Source: an uncultured Candidatus Saccharibacteria bacterium (lineage in GTDB: Bacteria > Patescibacteriota > Minisyncoccia > Phycocordibacterales > SBAW01). Taken from it: a stretch of DNA of 64,000 nucleotides. The stretch covers positions 79,235 through 143,234 of the forward strand of contig CAZTNI010000003.1 in the NCBI GenBank assembly GCA_964615415.1, given 5' to 3'. This document shows, piece after piece, positions 60,560 to 64,000 of this stretch; the stretch's first letter is position 1; each line of letters begins with the position of its first letter. Position numbers and translations under genes: made by a program. The notes beneath the pieces were generated by a model, which searched no databases, was not told the DNA's origin, and saw only the letters and a program-made list of their open reading frames with translations.

Positions 60560-61141
60560 TCAAAACGGCAAGGTATGGGTTATGGCAGGCGCGTCTTCAG
60601 GTGTTTTTTCCCAGCCTGAAGTATTTAATTTGATGTCACGGATACCGTCGTAGTCCTTATATTTAAGGTGTTTATTTTTCTTTGCGTATTCGTAGAGCTC
60701 CTTCGTAATGCGCACATCGTCGATACAGTAGTCTATAACTTTTTGTTTTTCGCCATTCTTCCACCACTCGATAGCTTCAAGTCCGTTACCGCTCTTCTTT
60801 TTCCCGAGCGTTGCTTCGGCGAGGTTGTCCATCTTTAATCTGCGACCGAGCACGTTGCGCACTTCTTTCAAGAGGTCAACGCTTTTAAGTTTAGTAAGGT
60901 CGCCAGGGTAGTACTTATTCAGGATCGGAATGTCGAAGTGGTCGGAATTGTAGCCTATTAACACGTCTGCGTGTTCAAAGAGCGGCCACATTTTGCCCAA
61001 GTCTTCTTTAAAGAAGCTCAAGTACTCGTCTGTTTTAGAATCGTGGACGCAACAGACGGACACTTCGAGCTGCGAAAAGTCGCCATTGGTGCGGAATTCG
61101 CCAACCGTTTCAATGTCAAAGGTGATTCGTCGCAGCGCCAT
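60560..61141 (-). CDS. RNase H-like/DnaQ-type exonuclease domain protein (YprB-like)
   Basis: FDIET, GYNSDHFDIP, YCIDDV. Confidence 0.82.
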   Translation of the reverse strand: MALRRITFDIETVGEFRTNGDFSQLEVSVCCVHDSKTDEYLSFFKEDLGKMWPLFEHADVLIGYNSDHFDIPILNKYYPGDLTKLKSVDLLKEVRNVLGRRLKMDNLAEATLGKKKSGNGLEAIEWWKNGEKQKVIDYCIDDVRITKELYEYAKKNKHLKYKDYDGIRDIKLNTSGWEKTPEDAPAITHTLPF

Positions 61142-61164
61142 AGAGGAATATTGTACTAGACCTG

Positions 61165-62412
61165 CTAGAGGTTTTCAAAAAATTGTGCGAGTTCTTTACG
61201 AGAAAGTTGCTCCTCGCCACCGCTTTGCAAGTTGCGCACGGTAAAGCGACCGTTTTGCATCTCGGTTTCGCCAACCACAATAAGAAAGGGGATCTTGTGT
61301 TTACTTGCAGCTTTAATTTGGTCACCTAATTTTTTATCGCCAAAGTCGATCGCCACATTAACGCCTTGTGAGCGAAGTTCGTCGGCAAGTCCTAGTGCGA
61401 TCATCGCCATTTCCGGAGAAGTAGAAGCAAGGTAGACGTGTGTCTGTGGTACGTATGCAGGGAGGAGTCCGCGTACTTCGAGAAAGTCTTTAACGGTAAC
61501 GTCGCCCATACCAAAGCCGACACCTGGCACTACTTCATCGTCGAACAGTGCAAGGAGGTTGTCGTAGCGGCCGCCACCCATGAGGGCGCGGTTGTTGTCT
61601 GGGTGCGTATCAAATACTTCAAACACGACGCCGGTGTAGTAATTGAAGCCTCGGACAATTGAGGGATCAAACTCGACATTCTCGATACCCATAAGGCGCA
61701 AAGCTTCTATCACTTCTGCGACATCGTCCGGTATGTTTTCTGGTGAGAGCTGCTCAAGCGCAACACCGAGGGCTATAACTTCGGACTCGAACTCCTCTTT
61801 TGCTAGTTTCCCTTTGCGGTCGAGCAGGCCGAGCAGTTTTTTACCTTGTTCTTCCGAGAGGCCGAGTGCGCTAATAACAGAGTCGAGGAAGTTGCGGCTG
61901 CCAAGCTTGATAATGAAGTCGTCTTCGGTTGCGCCAAATGCTTTTAAAATTTCGCTTGCAACGCGGATGATCTCCGCGTCGGCAAGGAGGGAGCGCGAGC
62001 CAAAAATATCGACATTCAGCTGCCAGTGTTCACGTAAGCGACCGCGCTGCGGGCGTTCATAGCGGAAGAGGTTCGGGATAGAGAACATACGCAGCGGGAA
62101 ACCAAGATCGCGACGGCGTGCGGCCACCATGCGCGCAACGGTCGGTGTCATCTCCGGGCGCAGCGCCACCTCGCGTTCGCCACGGTCGGTAAAGGTGTAG
62201 GTCTGCTCGCTTACTATCTCGGCGTTTTCCGCCCCCTTTGCTTTGTACAATTCTGCAGGTTCAAGAATAGAGGCGTGATATTCCTCGTAGCCAAAGCGGT
62301 GTGCGACGCTACGCATCGTAGAAACGACGTAGTTAAGAAAAGCCTGGTCTTCCGGGTAGAAGTCGCGTACCCCCTTGTAGGGTTCCGTGGAGAGTTTGTC
62401 ACGCTTGGACAT
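61165..62412 (-). CDS. hisS: Histidyl-tRNA synthetase
   Basis: LRPEMT, RYERPQRGRLRE, RGFNYYTG, GGGRYD. Confidence 0.96.
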   Translation of the reverse strand: MSKRDKLSTEPYKGVRDFYPEDQAFLNYVVSTMRSVAHRFGYEEYHASILEPAELYKAKGAENAEIVSEQTYTFTDRGEREVALRPEMTPTVARMVAARRRDLGFPLRMFSIPNLFRYERPQRGRLREHWQLNVDIFGSRSLLADAEIIRVASEILKAFGATEDDFIIKLGSRNFLDSVISALGLSEEQGKKLLGLLDRKGKLAKEEFESEVIALGVALEQLSPENIPDDVAEVIEALRLMGIENVEFDPSIVRGFNYYTGVVFEVFDTHPDNNRALMGGGRYDNLLALFDDEVVPGVGFGMGDVTVKDFLEVRGLLPAYVPQTHVYLASTSPEMAMIALGLADELRSQGVNVAIDFGDKKLGDQIKAASKHKIPFLIVVGETEMQNGRFTVRNLQSGGEEQLSRKELAQFFENL

Positions 62413-62444
62413 AGGATTATACTTACTGCTACAGTGTAACAGAA

Positions 62445-63227
62445 ATGTCGGCCTTACTACAGCAGGGCGGCGAAGTATTAAATCTCTACAAGCACGTAGG
62501 GGAAACTCCCCGGGAGCGCCTTGAACGTCTTCGGATTCAGAAAAAGGAATATATGGACGAAGTGCTCTCCTATGCTGGGCGGCTCGACCCTATGGCGGAA
62601 GGAGTGCTGCTGTGCCTCGTGGGAGCGGCCAATAAGCGCAGAGAGTCCTACCTCAATCTTTCGAAAGAATATACGTTCGACGTGTTGTTTGGATTCTCGA
62701 CAGACACGTACGACATTTTAGGGAGAGTGATAGAAACCGGACCTACCGGAAGCGTGCGGCCCAAGCATGTAGAAAAAGCATTAAACGAATTTCGCGGCGA
62801 AGTGTCCCAGGAATATCCACCGTATTCGTCTAAAACCGTGGAAGGGAAGTCGCTCTTTACCTGGGCGCGGCAAAATGCGCTGGCGCAGCTAGTGTTGCCA
62901 CGACACACTGTAACGGTGCATGACATTGCTATAAAAAATATGTACAAGGTGCCGGAAGCGACACTGCTACAGTACATAGAGTCTTCGGTAGAGAAAGTGC
63001 AGGGCGACTTCCGCCAGGAAGAGATTATCCGCACCTGGAAGCAATACCTGCGCCCGGATGGTAAACGGGAGTTCCCCTGTGCATCGATAACGCTTTCGTG
63101 TACCTCCGGGACCTACGCGCGCTCGATAGCACACGGGATAGGTAAAGAACTGAATGTTCCGGCACTTGCACTAAGAATAGTCCGCACAAAGGTGGGGGAT
63201 TATTCTATCGAAAATTCCCTGAGGTAG
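62445..63227 (+). CDS. truB: tRNA pseudouridine synthase B-like
   Basis: AGRLDPMAEGVL, TDTYD, PPYSS, CTSGTYARS. Confidence 0.88.
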   Translation: MSALLQQGGEVLNLYKHVGETPRERLERLRIQKKEYMDEVLSYAGRLDPMAEGVLLCLVGAANKRRESYLNLSKEYTFDVLFGFSTDTYDILGRVIETGPTGSVRPKHVEKALNEFRGEVSQEYPPYSSKTVEGKSLFTWARQNALAQLVLPRHTVTVHDIAIKNMYKVPEATLLQYIESSVEKVQGDFRQEEIIRTWKQYLRPDGKREFPCASITLSCTSGTYARSIAHGIGKELNVPALALRIVRTKVGDYSIENSLR

Positions 63228-63303
63228 GTCACGTCTAGCATATTGACTTTTTACTTAAATATGCTATCATCAAATTCTACAGTTTCTCACGGAGGATGAA
63301 CTG

Positions 63304-63528
63304 ATGAAAGTCCTTATTGCTATCCCGCCGAGCCAATATAATGCCTTTAGGGCGGGGGAGTCCGTGGAACTCGATCATGCCGGCTCCGATGATCGCATTC
63401 GGGTTGAATGCGATCCGGATGAACTGGAAGTTCTTGTTCGAGACGGAATCTCGCTGGGGGGCGGTTCTGGATTTAAGGTGCGCTACCTTGATCCCAAGGA
63501 TCCGAATAATCGATTTCAGAAGGGCTAG
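63304..63528 (+). CDS. Small hypothetical protein (accessory)
   Basis: TTGACT-16-TATCAT (63243-63270), GGAGG SD, downstream hairpin. Confidence 0.6.
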   Translation: MKVLIAIPPSQYNAFRAGESVELDHAGSDDRIRVECDPDELEVLVRDGISLGGGSGFKVRYLDPKDPNNRFQKG

Positions 63529-63658
63529 GAATGAGGGCTGGTGTGGCACGTTGCCGCAACCAGCCCTTTCGTTTTTTACCAATCCAGCCGAAAACTCTTT
63601 GCGGTAGTGGATGAATTTTGCTACGGTTACTACATCTGGTTACCCAATGGAGGTTGCC

Positions 63659-63847
63659 ATGCTGCTCTTTGAGTCTATCGTGGGAACAGGAGGTCGAAAT
63701 CCGCCTCCGGTAGTTCCGTGGTCGGGATGGGCACCAGAACCCCCTCCGCCTGAGCAAAAACGGACATGGTGGCAGAGGTTTCTAGAGTGGCTCGGGGCGC
63801 TTTGCTTGAAGGCGTTTTCGTGTGGACTCCCACCTCGCTATTTCTAA
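63659..63847 (+). CDS. Small Pro/Trp-rich protein (accessory)
   Basis: GGAGG SD before ATG 63659; terminator at about 63857-63885. Confidence 0.55.
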   Translation: MLLFESIVGTGGRNPPPVVPWSGWAPEPPPPEQKRTWWQRFLEWLGALCLKAFSCGLPPRYF

Positions 63848-63889
63848 ACAAATACTAAAACCCGCCGGTACTCCGGCGGGTTTTTCTTT

Positions 63890-64000
63890 TTACCAATCCA
63901 ACTCTCCGGTTTTGTATTCTGTAACGCGGGTTTCGAAGAAGTTTTTCTCTTTCGGCATGTCTACAATTTCTGACATCCAAGGGAATGGGTTGTCGACATG
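63890..64000 (-). CDS. nrdB: Ribonucleotide reductase beta subunit, C-terminal end (partial)
   Basis: Manual translation: ..NPFPWMSEIVDMPKEKNFFETRVTEYKTGELDW*. Confidence 0.85.
   Translation of the reverse strand, partial: HVDNPFPWMSEIVDMPKEKNFFETRVTEYKTGELDW

Noticed and set aside
1-64000. Recoded TGA (genetic code 25), prophage, DGR or retron
   Set aside because: Core genes are intact under code 11 and some end in TGA; no phage structural, integrase or reverse-transcriptase genes were seen.

Overview
Core-genome window of a small-genome bacterium using genetic code 11 (TGA is a stop). It is most likely Patescibacteria/CPR (Parcubacteria-like), inferred from a short EF-Ts, ThrRS without an editing domain, single-chain PheRS, fused RpoB-RpoC, a sortase, LamG surface proteins and a gap-rpiB-rpe-tkt-pfkB-fba cluster. 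Housekeeping genes include gap, rpiB, rpe, tkt, fba, rplY, rpmE, prfA, rpsB, tsf, tRNA-Thr, gyrB, thrS, dnaE, rnhB, rpmF, nusB, rnc, smc, rnr, rpsP, khpA, trmD, rpoBC, dnaG, rpoD, hisS, truB and the 3' end of nrdB. Many of them start 6-10 nt after a -10 box and have no Shine-Dalgarno (SD) sequence, which suggests leaderless mRNAs. Between them are about 20 accessory ORFs built differently: a strong GGAG(G) SD, often a full -35/-10 promoter, and their own terminator. In two arrays (45.1-46.5 kb and 53.8-55.4 kb) unrelated ORFs sit in near-identical promoter/leader frames. In the second array the terminator is shared too, and homology stops at the ATG and the stop codon. This is the best candidate for an undescribed gene-capture or expression-cassette system; no recombinase is visible in the window. 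Also notable: a leader-peptide attenuator on a GNAT gene, a miniature element at tRNA-Thr, an EcfG-like sigma factor and palindromic bidirectional -10 boxes. All assignments come from motif recognition by eye; no searches were run.
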